Virus record (IMG/VR): IMGVR_UViG_3300036376_000009
Coordinates: 25,895 to 89,894 of that record
Strand: one strand, 5' to 3'
DNA: 64,000 nucleotides
Source of the DNA: a virus
Taxonomy: Duplodnaviria; Caudoviricetes
Within the stretch, counting starts at the first letter, position 1, and the number at the start of each line of letters is the position of its first letter. Below, one piece after another: positions 22,877 to 31,937 of the stretch. The notes beneath the pieces were generated by a model that was given only the letters and a program-made list of their open reading frames with translations, was not told the DNA's origin and did no database searches. The translations under genes and the position numbers were made by a program.

Positions 22877-24612
22877 GCTTCCTGCCCAGCGCTGCCCGCG
22901 AGCAGCACATCGCCATCACCGGCAAGACCGGCAGCGGCAAGACCACGACGGCCAAGAGCATCGTGGAGCAGGACCTGGACGCCGGGCTCCCTGTCGCCGT
23001 CATCGACCCCACGTCGGCCTGGTGGGGCCTCCGCTCATCGGCGGACGGCAAGAGCCCGGGCTACCCCGTGGTCGTCCTCGGCGGGGATCACGCCGACGCC
23101 CCGCTGTCGCCGCTGTCGGGCAAGGCGTGCGCGGCCCTGGTCGCGAACGACCGTGTGTCCGCGATCTTCGACGTGCGCGAGCTGATGGTGAACGAGCGCA
23201 ACCGGTGGTTCACCGACTTCGCCACGGAGCTGTTCCGGGCGAACCGCTCCCCGCTCCGCCTGGTGCTGGACGAGGCTCACCTTTTCGCGCCTCAGGGCAA
23301 GGTTCCCGACCCCGAGACGGGGAAGATGCTGCACGCCGCCAACACCATCGCCAGCAGCGGGCGCTCGCGCGGCATCCGGTGCCTGTGGATCACGCAGCGC
23401 CCGGCGAAGCTGCACAAGGACACGCTCACGTGCGCCGACACGCTCATCCCCATGCGGGTCATCGCGCCCCAGGACCGCGACGCGATCGAGGCATGGGTCC
23501 TCGGATGCGGCGACAAGGCCAAGGGGCGGGAGGTGCTGGACTCGCTCGCCCAGCTCGCCCGCGGCGAGGGGTGGGTGTGGTTCCCCGAGGGCGGCGTCCT
23601 CAAGCGGATGCAGTTCCCGGCGATCCGGACGTTCGACTCGTCGGCCACACCGACCGGGGGCGAGGCGCCGGCGAAGCCCAAGACGTTGGCGGAGATCGAC
23701 CTGTCGGCGATCACGGCGAGCATGGCCGCGGCCGTCGCCGAAGCCGAGGCGAACGACCCGAAGAAGCTGCGGGCCGAGCTCGATCGCGTGAAGGGCGAAT
23801 TGAAGAAGGCCCTGGCGACGCCGGTGAGTGTGGCGCCGGAGGAAATGACCCGGCTGCGCCGCCGCACCGAGAACCTCGTCGCCGACCTGAATGACGCGCT
23901 GCTCAAGCTCAAAGGCATGCGAGACGCCGCAGACGGCGTGGACACGACGATCAACTCGATCACAAGCACGCTCGCCGCGGACCCAGCCCACCCACTGCAC
24001 GAGCCCAACGACTACGCGCAGCTTCCGGCAGAGGCCGCCGTGAAGCCCCGCAACTACTTCCTCAACGAGGCGCACACAACCCACGTTCCCCGATCTGCCC
24101 CCACAGCACGGGTTGCCCGTCCCCCGGGGGAATCGCCCCCCGGGGGCGGACTCGGCCGCGGTGAACGCGCCATCCTGACCGCGTGCGCCCAGTACCCCGA
24201 GGGGTGCGACCGCGTCCAGCTCGGTGTCCTCACCGGCTACGCGCGGTCCAGCCGCGATGCCTACCTGCAGCGGCTTGCACAGCGGGGGTTGGTCACCCGG
24301 GACGAGCCGATCAGGGCCACGCCCGCGGGAATCGAAGCGCTCGGCGACTTCGAACCGCTGCCGAGGGGGTCGGCGCTGCGGGACCACTGGCTCAAGACCC
24401 TGCCCGAGGGTGAGGCGCGGATCCTCAGGGTGTGTATCCAGGCGTGGCCCGAGCCCGTCGCCCGCGAGACACTGAGCGACCGCACCGGCTACGCCCGTTC
24501 GTCCCGCGATGCGTACGTGCAGCGGCTGGGAGCCAAGAAGCTGGTCGTTACAAGCGTCTTGGGCGTCGCTGCCAGCCCCCGGCTGTTCGACGACTGGAAG
24601 GGGGTTGATTGA
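22873..24612 (+). CDS. HerA/FtsK-like (DUF87) ATPase with two C-terminal wHTH repeats
   Basis: GKTGSGKT Walker A, VLDEAH Walker B, ITQRPA; duplicated TGYARSSRDAY.QRL. Confidence 0.85.
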   Translation: MSFLPSAAREQHIAITGKTGSGKTTTAKSIVEQDLDAGLPVAVIDPTSAWWGLRSSADGKSPGYPVVVLGGDHADAPLSPLSGKACAALVANDRVSAIFDVRELMVNERNRWFTDFATELFRANRSPLRLVLDEAHLFAPQGKVPDPETGKMLHAANTIASSGRSRGIRCLWITQRPAKLHKDTLTCADTLIPMRVIAPQDRDAIEAWVLGCGDKAKGREVLDSLAQLARGEGWVWFPEGGVLKRMQFPAIRTFDSSATPTGGEAPAKPKTLAEIDLSAITASMAAAVAEAEANDPKKLRAELDRVKGELKKALATPVSVAPEEMTRLRRRTENLVADLNDALLKLKGMRDAADGVDTTINSITSTLAADPAHPLHEPNDYAQLPAEAAVKPRNYFLNEAHTTHVPRSAPTARVARPPGESPPGGGLGRGERAILTACAQYPEGCDRVQLGVLTGYARSSRDAYLQRLAQRGLVTRDEPIRATPAGIEALGDFEPLPRGSALRDHWLKTLPEGEARILRVCIQAWPEPVARETLSDRTGYARSSRDAYVQRLGAKKLVVTSVLGVAASPRLFDDWKGVD

Positions 24613-24800
24613 GCGCCCCAACCAAGACATCCGGCACCATGTTCCGCTGCCCGAACTGCAAGCGGCCGACGCTCTGCCGCGTGCTCGGCTCCGAATCGAA
24701 GCCGCCGCGGTTCGAGCGGACGAGGCAGCGCGAGTGCCGCGAGTGCGCGCACAGGTTCGTCACCCGGGAAGTGTTGGTGTCCGCAGGGGAAGCCTCATGA
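24609..24800 (+). CDS. Ogr/Delta- or NrdR-like zinc-ribbon protein
   Basis: CPNC...RQRECRECAHRFVTRE. Confidence 0.75.
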   Translation: MSAPTKTSGTMFRCPNCKRPTLCRVLGSESKPPRFERTRQRECRECAHRFVTREVLVSAGEAS

Positions 24801-25711
24801 GCAGCCGCGAGATCACGGCCGTCGCCGGGTGGTTCGGGTCCAACCGCATGCACCCCGAGCGGGTTGGGCTCGAGCTCGGCGAGCTGGACTGGTGTGGCGT
24901 CCCGTGTGTCGGGGGCGGGCCGGAGCTGCCGCACATCAACTGCCGATCGGGCGTGGCCAACGACCTGCACCGGCACGTCATCAACCTCTACCGGGTGCTC
25001 AAGTCGGATGAGCTGTGCGCCATGGCCGCGGAGCAGCTCGACCGAACGCTCTTTCACCAGGACGAGTTCGCCGACGCGCAGGAGCGGTGCCTCATGCGCG
25101 AACGTGACCGCACCAAGCCGTGGCGTCTGACCGCCGACTTTGAGCCCGAGCCCGGGAAGGTGTACAGCCACGAGCAGGTCGACCCGGCCGATGCCGTCGC
25201 GTGGGCCGTCGACTACGCCGTCGCGTGCTGGATGGGACCCGGGGCCAGGGCCGGCAAGCGCGACGAGTTCCGGGCGTACTTCTCGTCCAGGTGGACGGCT
25301 ACGGGCGGCGCCAGCGTGAAGCGGTTCCGATCGTGGATCGAGTCCATGTACGGCTGGCGGGACGTCCTGAAGCGGTGGGAGTTCCGCTGCATGGACGCGT
25401 TCGACTTCATCCATGCGTGCAAGGACACCGCGGGGCACGGGCTGTACGTCGACTTCCCGTGGGTGAAGGCGGGCGTGGATTACCGCCACCCGTTCAACGA
25501 GGCCCAGCACCGGGACGGGGCTCAGCTGCTCAGCCGGTTCAAGGCATGCCGCGTCGTGATCCGGTACGACGTGTGCCCGCTCATCGAGGAGCTGTACCCG
25601 CGAAGCCGGTGGACGTGGATTGAGGCCACCACCCGGAACCAGAGCAACGGCGAGACGCACGAGGTTCTGCTCATCAACGGGCCGAGCCGCACGGCCGGGG
25701 TGGTGGCATGA
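24797..25711 (+). CDS. Dam-like (D12 class) DNA adenine methyltransferase, atypical motifs
   Basis: WFGSN, VPCVGGG, NDLHRHVINLYRV, LYVDFPW, EVLLIN. Confidence 0.75.
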   Translation: MSSREITAVAGWFGSNRMHPERVGLELGELDWCGVPCVGGGPELPHINCRSGVANDLHRHVINLYRVLKSDELCAMAAEQLDRTLFHQDEFADAQERCLMRERDRTKPWRLTADFEPEPGKVYSHEQVDPADAVAWAVDYAVACWMGPGARAGKRDEFRAYFSSRWTATGGASVKRFRSWIESMYGWRDVLKRWEFRCMDAFDFIHACKDTAGHGLYVDFPWVKAGVDYRHPFNEAQHRDGAQLLSRFKACRVVIRYDVCPLIEELYPRSRWTWIEATTRNQSNGETHEVLLINGPSRTAGVVA

Positions 25712-26268
25712 GAGCGCGGCATTGGTACCACTGCACCGATCGGCGCAGCGACTCGGAATGGGTTGCCCAGCGCCGCGCGCCGCTCATTCGGGCTGACAGC
25801 GAGCCCGAGACGCCACGACTGTGCGTGGCGCCCAGCGTCGCTCAGGCCCTGGTGGCCGTGTGGTGGTTTCGAGACGTGACGGTGTACATCACGCCCATGC
25901 GGCGCACCGTGCCGCCCAGCGGCGTGTTCGACGCCTGCATGACCCAGGAGCGATGGATCATCCCGCCCGTCAAACTGACGCGCGTGGGCGTCATCCCGTT
26001 CGACTCGATCCACCCCGTGCAGCTTGAGTCCGATCCGAGGGAATACCCCGGCTACCGGGCGTGGGAGAGGCGGGCGTTCCGGCTGGAAGGCCTGTGTCGC
26101 GCTGTTCGAGCCCACCTGCCTGATGCCCACGCGCCCAGCGTCGAACGGTTCGCGGCCAAGTGCCGAGAGTTCTTCGACGCCAAGCAGTGCGAATTGGAAG
26201 AGGAGCGGGCCAAACAGTGGGGCCTGGACGAGCCAGAGTTGCCGGCACGGCGGGAGGTGCTGCCATGA
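25708..26268 (+). CDS. Hypothetical phage protein
   Basis: Coupled overlaps with both neighbours; EPETPRLCVAPSVAQAL. Confidence 0.6.
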   Translation: MRARHWYHCTDRRSDSEWVAQRRAPLIRADSEPETPRLCVAPSVAQALVAVWWFRDVTVYITPMRRTVPPSGVFDACMTQERWIIPPVKLTRVGVIPFDSIHPVQLESDPREYPGYRAWERRAFRLEGLCRAVRAHLPDAHAPSVERFAAKCREFFDAKQCELEEERAKQWGLDEPELPARREVLP

Positions 26269-26735
26269 AGTGCCTCTCCCTCTGGCAGCCGTGGGCCTCG
26301 CTGATCGCGGTCGGGGCAAAGCTCATTGAGACGCGGTCGTGGTCTACCTCGCACCGTGGCCCCGTAGCCATCCATGCCGCCGCCCTATGGGGACACAAGC
26401 AGTATCAACTGTGCCATTCCGGCGTGTTCTATCGAGCCCTGTCTGCCGGCGGCGCGTTTGTCCCCGACATGCGCACGCCCCGGCGGCGCCCGCCCTTCTG
26501 TCTGCCCTTGGGGTGCATCGTCGCGGTCGCCAAGGTGGTCGACTGCTTCCAGATCACCCCGATGTCGCGGCCGCTGGATGATCGTGAGCTCGCCTTCGGC
26601 AACTACGAGACGGGCCGGTACGGCTGGGAGCTGTCGGACATCGTCCGCCTTGAGCGCCCCATTCCCTTCAAGGGCCGCCAAGGACTGTTCACCCTTCCCC
26701 CCGACGTCGTCGGGCAACTCCCGGAGACCGCATGA
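26265..26735 (+). CDS. ASCH domain protein
   Basis: LSLWQPWASLI..G.K.IETRSW...HRGPVAIHA; KGRQGLF. Confidence 0.9.
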   Translation: MKCLSLWQPWASLIAVGAKLIETRSWSTSHRGPVAIHAAALWGHKQYQLCHSGVFYRALSAGGAFVPDMRTPRRRPPFCLPLGCIVAVAKVVDCFQITPMSRPLDDRELAFGNYETGRYGWELSDIVRLERPIPFKGRQGLFTLPPDVVGQLPETA

Positions 26736-27052
26736 GCTTGCAAAGAAAGCGACTGAAGCGCCGGCTCGCGGTTGCCAGTGATCAGGCGGCGGCTGCGCGC
26801 AAAGCCGCGCAGTTGTGGAGCGAGCGGGCTTCCGAGCTTGAGCGGGAACTGATGAACGCACACAAGGCGTTCGAGGCGATCGGCGGGGTGAGTGTTCGTC
26901 GCGACTACTGCACTGATCGGGTGCGGGTTGAGTTCGGAGTCGACCAGCGGTCATGGGACCACGCCAGTCGGACGGATGCGCGGACCACGGACTTGGCGAA
27001 CTACATCGCGGACGCCATCGCCTGCCACATTCGCAAGGGATTGCCCCGATGA
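26732..27052 (+). CDS. Hypothetical coiled-coil protein
   Basis: ATGA overlaps on both sides. Confidence 0.55.
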   Translation: MSLQRKRLKRRLAVASDQAAAARKAAQLWSERASELERELMNAHKAFEAIGGVSVRRDYCTDRVRVEFGVDQRSWDHASRTDARTTDLANYIADAIACHIRKGLPR

Positions 27053-27678
27053 GCATCGGCACCCGCATCCCGCACCCGACCGCGCTGGCCCTCGCCAACA
27101 GCCTCATCGCCCTGTGGGGCGGCCGGGCCAATCCGCACGGCCTGGTGGCGGTTGGCTCCGTTCGCCGGCGCCGGGCCAGCTCGGGAGACCTGGACCTGCT
27201 CTGCCCGCTCCCGGCCAAAGGGCAGCCCGACCGGTTGTACCAGGAGCTGGTGGGCGAGGCCAGGCCGACGCTGTTCTCCGCCGCCGAACCCGACATCACC
27301 GTCAAGGAGATCAGCGGGCTCAAGAAGGGGTTCCGCACCGCGACGTTCAGCGTCTACTGCCGGTCGCTCAACATCCGGGCGTTCGGCGTGCAGCTGCACC
27401 GGGCCGAGGCTGACAACTTGGGGTGGGCCGCGATCCTGCGCACCGGCCCCGAGGATTTCGGCCGCTGGTTCTTGTGGAGATGGAAGGACGTGATGCGGAT
27501 CGCGCCGAGCGGCCGGGCGAGCGACACGTACCTGCTCGACATGTACGGCAAGCCTGTAAAGGGCTTCAGCGAGACCGAGCTCATCAAGCGGGTCGCGCCC
27601 GAGTACATCGAGCCGAACAAGCGGGACGAGTTCATGGAGAAGAAGAACGCCGAGAGGCGGGATGGAGGGACGTGGTGA
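27049..27678 (+). CDS. Minimal PolX-family nucleotidyltransferase (palm + thumb only)
   Basis: GSVRRR....GDLDLL, ILRTGPEDF, SETELI..YIEP..R. Confidence 0.85.
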   Translation: MSIGTRIPHPTALALANSLIALWGGRANPHGLVAVGSVRRRRASSGDLDLLCPLPAKGQPDRLYQELVGEARPTLFSAAEPDITVKEISGLKKGFRTATFSVYCRSLNIRAFGVQLHRAEADNLGWAAILRTGPEDFGRWFLWRWKDVMRIAPSGRASDTYLLDMYGKPVKGFSETELIKRVAPEYIEPNKRDEFMEKKNAERRDGGTW

Positions 27679-28022
27679 AACGATCAAGTGACAATCGGTT
27701 GTGGGTGTGTCGGAACGGGCACATCGTGCGAGACAAGGCCCTGTCGGGGCAGGAGTGCCGGCGGTGCCGCGCCAATGAGAAGAGGCGCCGGACGACAAAG
27801 AACCGCGTGACATGGGAACCGGCAGATGGGAAATTGAGGGGGCGGTGGTATGCCAACGTTGGGACCGTGACCCGAGCCGACGGCAAGAAGTACAACGTGT
27901 TCCTGACTGTCCTGCGACGCGACCTTGAGCGGGTGATGCGATCGTTTGGCCGCGACACGTTGCTCGTTGAATCCGCCCCTGCCTGCCGAACGCGGTTCAA
28001 GTTCGAGGAACAGCCCGCATGA
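27675..28022 (+). CDS. Hypothetical zinc-finger protein
   Basis: CRNGH...CRRC; overlapping start and stop. Confidence 0.55.
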   Translation: MKRSSDNRLWVCRNGHIVRDKALSGQECRRCRANEKRRRTTKNRVTWEPADGKLRGRWYANVGTVTRADGKKYNVFLTVLRRDLERVMRSFGRDTLLVESAPACRTRFKFEEQPA

Positions 28023-29563
28023 CCCGCACGGACACGCGCCCAATCCGGGTCAATGTCCAGCTGGGCACCCTCTTCAACCGGCCGCCGCCGCACGCGCCCG
28101 AGACGGAGATGGCGTTGCTGGGCGCGATGATCCTGGACCACAAGGTGACGGGGGACGTGGCCGAGATTCTCAGCGGTCCGGAGGACTTCTTCAACGCCGC
28201 GCACGGGGCGATCTACGCCGTGCTGATCGACCTCTACAACCACAACCGCAGCGGGGACCTGGTCGAGCTGGTCGAGCGCCTGCGCAGCAACCAGATGCTG
28301 GCCGACATCGGCGGCGCGGCGTACCTGGAGAAGCTCGCGGCGGAGACGCCGGGATCGGCGGGCGCGGCGGCGTGGGCCACGGTGGTGGCCGGCAAGGCGG
28401 CGTTGCGCCGGCTGGTGAGCGTGTCGGGCGAGATCATGCACCGGGCGTACACCCACGAGGACGCCGGCAGCGTCGCCGAGGTGCTCGACCGGGCCGAGCA
28501 GGCGGTGTTCGACATCGCGCACAAGTCGCTGCCGACGCGGGCCAGCTCGCTCGGGGAGATCCTGCAGCAGACGTACGAACGGGTGAACGAGCGCGAGGCG
28601 GCGGGTTGCGCGGCCGGCGTGCCGACCGGTTTTTACGACCTAGACGCTCTGATCACCGGGCTCGAGCCCGGGCTGATCATCATCGGCGCACGCCCGTCGA
28701 TGGGCAAGACGGCGTTCGCGGTGCAGGTGGCGGAGCAGATGGCGGACGGCGGGTTCGGCCGGGCGGGGATCCCGGTCGGCGTGTTCAGCATGGAGATGTC
28801 CAAGGGGGCGCTGGTCGAACGGATGCTGTGCGCACGGGCGGGGATCACGACGCAGCAGCTCAAGAGCGGCAAGCTCGGCCGGGCGCTGGTGGCCAAGGTC
28901 ATGCAGGCGGGGGAGCAGATCGAGGCGATGCCGCTGTACGTGGACGACACGCCGGGGCTCACGATCATGGGCCTGCGCGCCCGCGCCCGCCGGATGGTGA
29001 AGCAGTACGGAGTGGGCGCGGTGTTCGTGGACTACCTGCAGCTCATGACCGCCCCGGGGCGGCAGGAGAACCGCCAGACGGAGGTGGCGGCGATCAGCCG
29101 GGGCATCAAGGCGCTGGCGATGGAGCTGGGGGTGCCGATCGTCTGCCTCTCTCAGCTCAACCGCGGGCCCGAGAGCCGGTCAGACAACCGCCCCCGCATG
29201 AGCGACCTGCGCGAATCCGGCGCGGTGGAGCAGGACGCGGACGTGATCATGCTCCTGCACCGCGAGGAGTACTACCACATCGGGGATCCGGTGTGGGAGA
29301 ACGACCCGGACAACGAGCAGAAGAAGGGGTTGGCGGAGGTGATTGTGACCAAGCAGCGGCAGGGGCCGACGGGCGTGGTGTACCTGCGCTGGCGGCCGGA
29401 GGCGACGAGGTTCGCGAGCGTGGCCAGGACAGCGCGGGAGCCGCGAGAGCCCGAGTACCGGGCGTCGCCTCCTCCCGATGCGTTCCCGCCCAGCCAGGCC
29501 GCCGCGCCGCGACAGCCGCCGACGCCGCAGAACGACGACCAGGAACCCGGCATCCCCTTCTGA
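28019..29563 (+). CDS. dnaB: Replicative DNA helicase
   Basis: PPHAPETEMALLG, GARPSMGKT, FSMEM, VDYLQL, SQLNR, DLRESGAVEQDAD. Confidence 0.95.
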   Translation: MTRTDTRPIRVNVQLGTLFNRPPPHAPETEMALLGAMILDHKVTGDVAEILSGPEDFFNAAHGAIYAVLIDLYNHNRSGDLVELVERLRSNQMLADIGGAAYLEKLAAETPGSAGAAAWATVVAGKAALRRLVSVSGEIMHRAYTHEDAGSVAEVLDRAEQAVFDIAHKSLPTRASSLGEILQQTYERVNEREAAGCAAGVPTGFYDLDALITGLEPGLIIIGARPSMGKTAFAVQVAEQMADGGFGRAGIPVGVFSMEMSKGALVERMLCARAGITTQQLKSGKLGRALVAKVMQAGEQIEAMPLYVDDTPGLTIMGLRARARRMVKQYGVGAVFVDYLQLMTAPGRQENRQTEVAAISRGIKALAMELGVPIVCLSQLNRGPESRSDNRPRMSDLRESGAVEQDADVIMLLHREEYYHIGDPVWENDPDNEQKKGLAEVIVTKQRQGPTGVVYLRWRPEATRFASVARTAREPREPEYRASPPPDAFPPSQAAAPRQPPTPQNDDQEPGIPF

Positions 29564-29594
29564 CCTTTGCCCCACCCCTTCAACGAACCAGGCC

Positions 29595-30605
29595 ATGACG
29601 CCCACGCCCACCAACACCTCTCCCACCGCCCCGACGCCATCACCGCCGCCGCGCATCAGCAAGGCCGCCAAGCTCCCGCCGATGCCCGTCGACGCGGAGG
29701 CGTTCCTGCACGCGTGTGAGCACGTGCCGGCGGACATCATCGGGGCCAGGGCGCTGGCGTGGTGCATCGCGTGGAGCGGGGGCCACGTGGACCAGGCGGC
29801 GCTGGCGCAGACGGCGGGGCTGTCGTTCGACCGCGTGAAGGACCACTGGCGGACGATCATGGAGGGGGTGCCGGAGCTGGTGCGTCGGCGAGCCCAGGCG
29901 GACCAGCGAGCCGAGCGGGCGCGGCAGCACGCCCAGGCGGCGGCGCAGGGACGATGGGGCTTGTTGAGAACGGATGCTCCGGGCATCGCGGCACATGCCC
30001 CGAGCATCCCAAACCATGCTCCGGGCATACCCGACGGTGATGCTCCGAGCATGTCGGGGAATGCTCCGAGCATCAAGAAGGATGCTCCGGGCATCCGGGA
30101 TGGACCGCCGCCACCCCTTATTGAGAATGCTCCGAGCATCGATCCACATGCTCCGGGCATCGAAAACCATGCTCCGAGCATGGCGGCGCGGAGGGTGCGC
30201 AAGGAGGGGGGGGGGGGGGAGGATGGTTTTACCCACCCCAAACCCAAACCATCACTTCAAAATCCGCAGGGCGCGCGCCGAAACGTCTGGACGCCGGAGA
30301 GTTTGGATGAGCTGGCTCGGGTTGGGGTGGGGGCGTACCGGATCCTCGATGACCTCGGAGTAGCTGAGCCTGCGCTGTCGCAGCTCGCCGAATCGGAGGC
30401 GGTGCCGACCGCCGCGATCATCGAGACGGCACGGGCGGTGCTCGCCACGAAGGGGCCCGTAACGTCGCGCCCGGGGCTGCTGGTTGCACGCCTGCGCAAG
30501 GCGTTCGGTCTGCCAGCCCTGAGGGCCGCCCCGCTCAAGACAGAGGCCAGGAAGGCCGCTCAGGGGCTGGCGGAGACGATCCGCCGCCGGAAAGGGAACC
30601 CGTGA
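29595..30605 (+). CDS. Putative phage replication initiator with internal iteron array
   Basis: Follows dnaB; central APGI/APSI heptad repeats encoded by 21-bp-period DNA repeats; lambda O-like organisation (inference). Confidence 0.6.
   Translation: MTPTPTNTSPTAPTPSPPPRISKAAKLPPMPVDAEAFLHACEHVPADIIGARALAWCIAWSGGHVDQAALAQTAGLSFDRVKDHWRTIMEGVPELVRRRAQADQRAERARQHAQAAAQGRWGLLRTDAPGIAAHAPSIPNHAPGIPDGDAPSMSGNAPSIKKDAPGIRDGPPPPLIENAPSIDPHAPGIENHAPSMAARRVRKEGGGGEDGFTHPKPKPSLQNPQGARRNVWTPESLDELARVGVGAYRILDDLGVAEPALSQLAESEAVPTAAIIETARAVLATKGPVTSRPGLLVARLRKAFGLPALRAAPLKTEARKAAQGLAETIRRRKGNP
29974..30181. repeat. Nine 13-bp near-palindromic repeats ATGCTCCG(A/G)GCAT, candidate iterons
   Basis: Starts at 29974, 29995, 30016, 30040, 30061, 30082, 30127, 30148, 30169. 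Confidence 0.9.
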
Positions 30606-30841
30606 TCAAGATCCATGTCCCGCTCGCGATCGACGGCACCATCTGGGAGGTGGCGCAGGGCCAGGGCAAGTGCGCCGAGGTGGCGCTGGAGCACCTGGAC
30701 AAGGCGTTCAAGCTCGCACGGTTGATGGTGGACGCTCAGCCGGACGCGGCGTTCAGCTCGGGAGAGTTCGAGATCACACTGAGCGTGGTCGCGCTCATCG
30801 CACCTTCGGGGGACGTCCCCGCTTCTTCTTCGGGCCGGTAG
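30602..30841 (+). CDS. Small hypothetical protein
   Basis: Coupled to the initiator stop (GTGA). Confidence 0.45.
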   Translation: MIKIHVPLAIDGTIWEVAQGQGKCAEVALEHLDKAFKLARLMVDAQPDAAFSSGEFEITLSVVALIAPSGDVPASSSGR

Positions 30842-31109
30842 GAACAGGCTTGGCCTTCTTCGGCCGGGCGCCCAAGTAGACGCCGACGGGGTTGGGGATG
30901 AGGGCCGCGGCCTGGTCCTTCGACCAGAGCCACGACTTGCCGATCATCTGCACCGGGTGCACGCCGCGTGAGCCGGCGATTTGCAGCAGGCGGCGGCGCG
31001 AGACGCCGACCAGCTCGGCGAGCTGGACGGTCGAGACGAGTTGGTCGGCCCGGATACCCGGGATCGGCTTGGCTTCCACGGCGTGAGGGTAGGGGGGTGG
31101 GGCCGACAT
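30795..31109 (-). CDS. HTH_17/MerR-like DNA-binding protein with C-terminal AT-hook
   Basis: VSTVQLAELVGVSRRRLLQI...IGKSWLW; KKKRGRPPK. Confidence 0.7.
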   Translation of the reverse strand: MSAPPPYPHAVEAKPIPGIRADQLVSTVQLAELVGVSRRRLLQIAGSRGVHPVQMIGKSWLWSKDQAAALIPNPVGVYLGARPKKAKPVPTGPKKKRGRPPKVR

Positions 31110-31118
31110 CGGTAGGGC

Positions 31119-31937
31119 TCAGGCGAACAGCGTGCCTTGCACGCCAGCGCCAACCGGCGCAGCGGCCGCGGGCTCATCGTCGGCGTCGTCATCGGGGGGC
31201 CACGCTGGCGCGCTGTCCGGGACCGGTCGAGCTTCGGGGCGGAGCGGATCCGCGATCGTGTTGCCGTCGATGTCGCGCCACCACAGCGCCCCGTTCGCAC
31301 GCACGGTCAGGAACACGGGGACGAACGGCGAGCCAAACAGCTCCGCCCAAGCGAGCATCCCGTCCCGGCGCTTCGCGTTGTGCGGGGCGCAGAGGACGAG
31401 GTAGTTGTGTTCGGATTCGTAGACGACGAAGTCGAAGATGGGGAGGTCGGCCCCGTCGTTGCCAGCGGCGAGCGCGTGATCGGGTACCAGCGCCTGCCGC
31501 GCCTCGCGCACGCTCACGTAGGCAACGCGGCGAGTGCGGAACAGGTCCTCCACCACGACCCGGGCGGGCTTGGACTCGGTACGCTCGCGCTTCGGCTTGG
31601 AGCCGGGCGTGAGAACGCGGGTAACGGCCCGTCCGGGTTCGTGAGGAGTGACGCCCGGGGTGTCGGGGACTTGCTCGCAGATCGCGACACGCACGCCGGC
31701 GGCGATCAGGGTGCGGAGATGCCGCTCGAGTTCCTGCGCCGGGAACCCGGCACAACGGAGCTTGCCCTCGCCGAATTCCGGGCCCAGCACCCGCGCGAGG
31801 GTGCACGCATCGTCGCCGTAGGCCTCGAACCGAATGCCGAAGCCCCACAGCAGCAGGGCGTCCGGGTGCGCCGCCTTGAACCGGTCATACTGGCGCTGCC
31901 GGGGCGAATCGAGGACGGACGAATTGGACGAGTTCAT
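31119..31937 (-). CDS. MutS domain I fused to a restriction-endonuclease-like domain
   Basis: QYDRFKAAHPDALLL...FEAYGDDA..LARVL...AGFP...LIAAGVRVAICEQ; C-terminal RRVAYVSVREARQAL..FDFVVY. Confidence 0.8.
   Translation of the reverse strand: MNSSNSSVLDSPRQRQYDRFKAAHPDALLLWGFGIRFEAYGDDACTLARVLGPEFGEGKLRCAGFPAQELERHLRTLIAAGVRVAICEQVPDTPGVTPHEPGRAVTRVLTPGSKPKRERTESKPARVVVEDLFRTRRVAYVSVREARQALVPDHALAAGNDGADLPIFDFVVYESEHNYLVLCAPHNAKRRDGMLAWAELFGSPFVPVFLTVRANGALWWRDIDGNTIADPLRPEARPVPDSAPAWPPDDDADDEPAAAAPVGAGVQGTLFA

Noticed and set aside
29974-30181. Possible CRISPR or mini-array
   Set aside because: Repeats are 13 bp with ~8-bp spacers, in frame within a CDS, and no cas genes are present.
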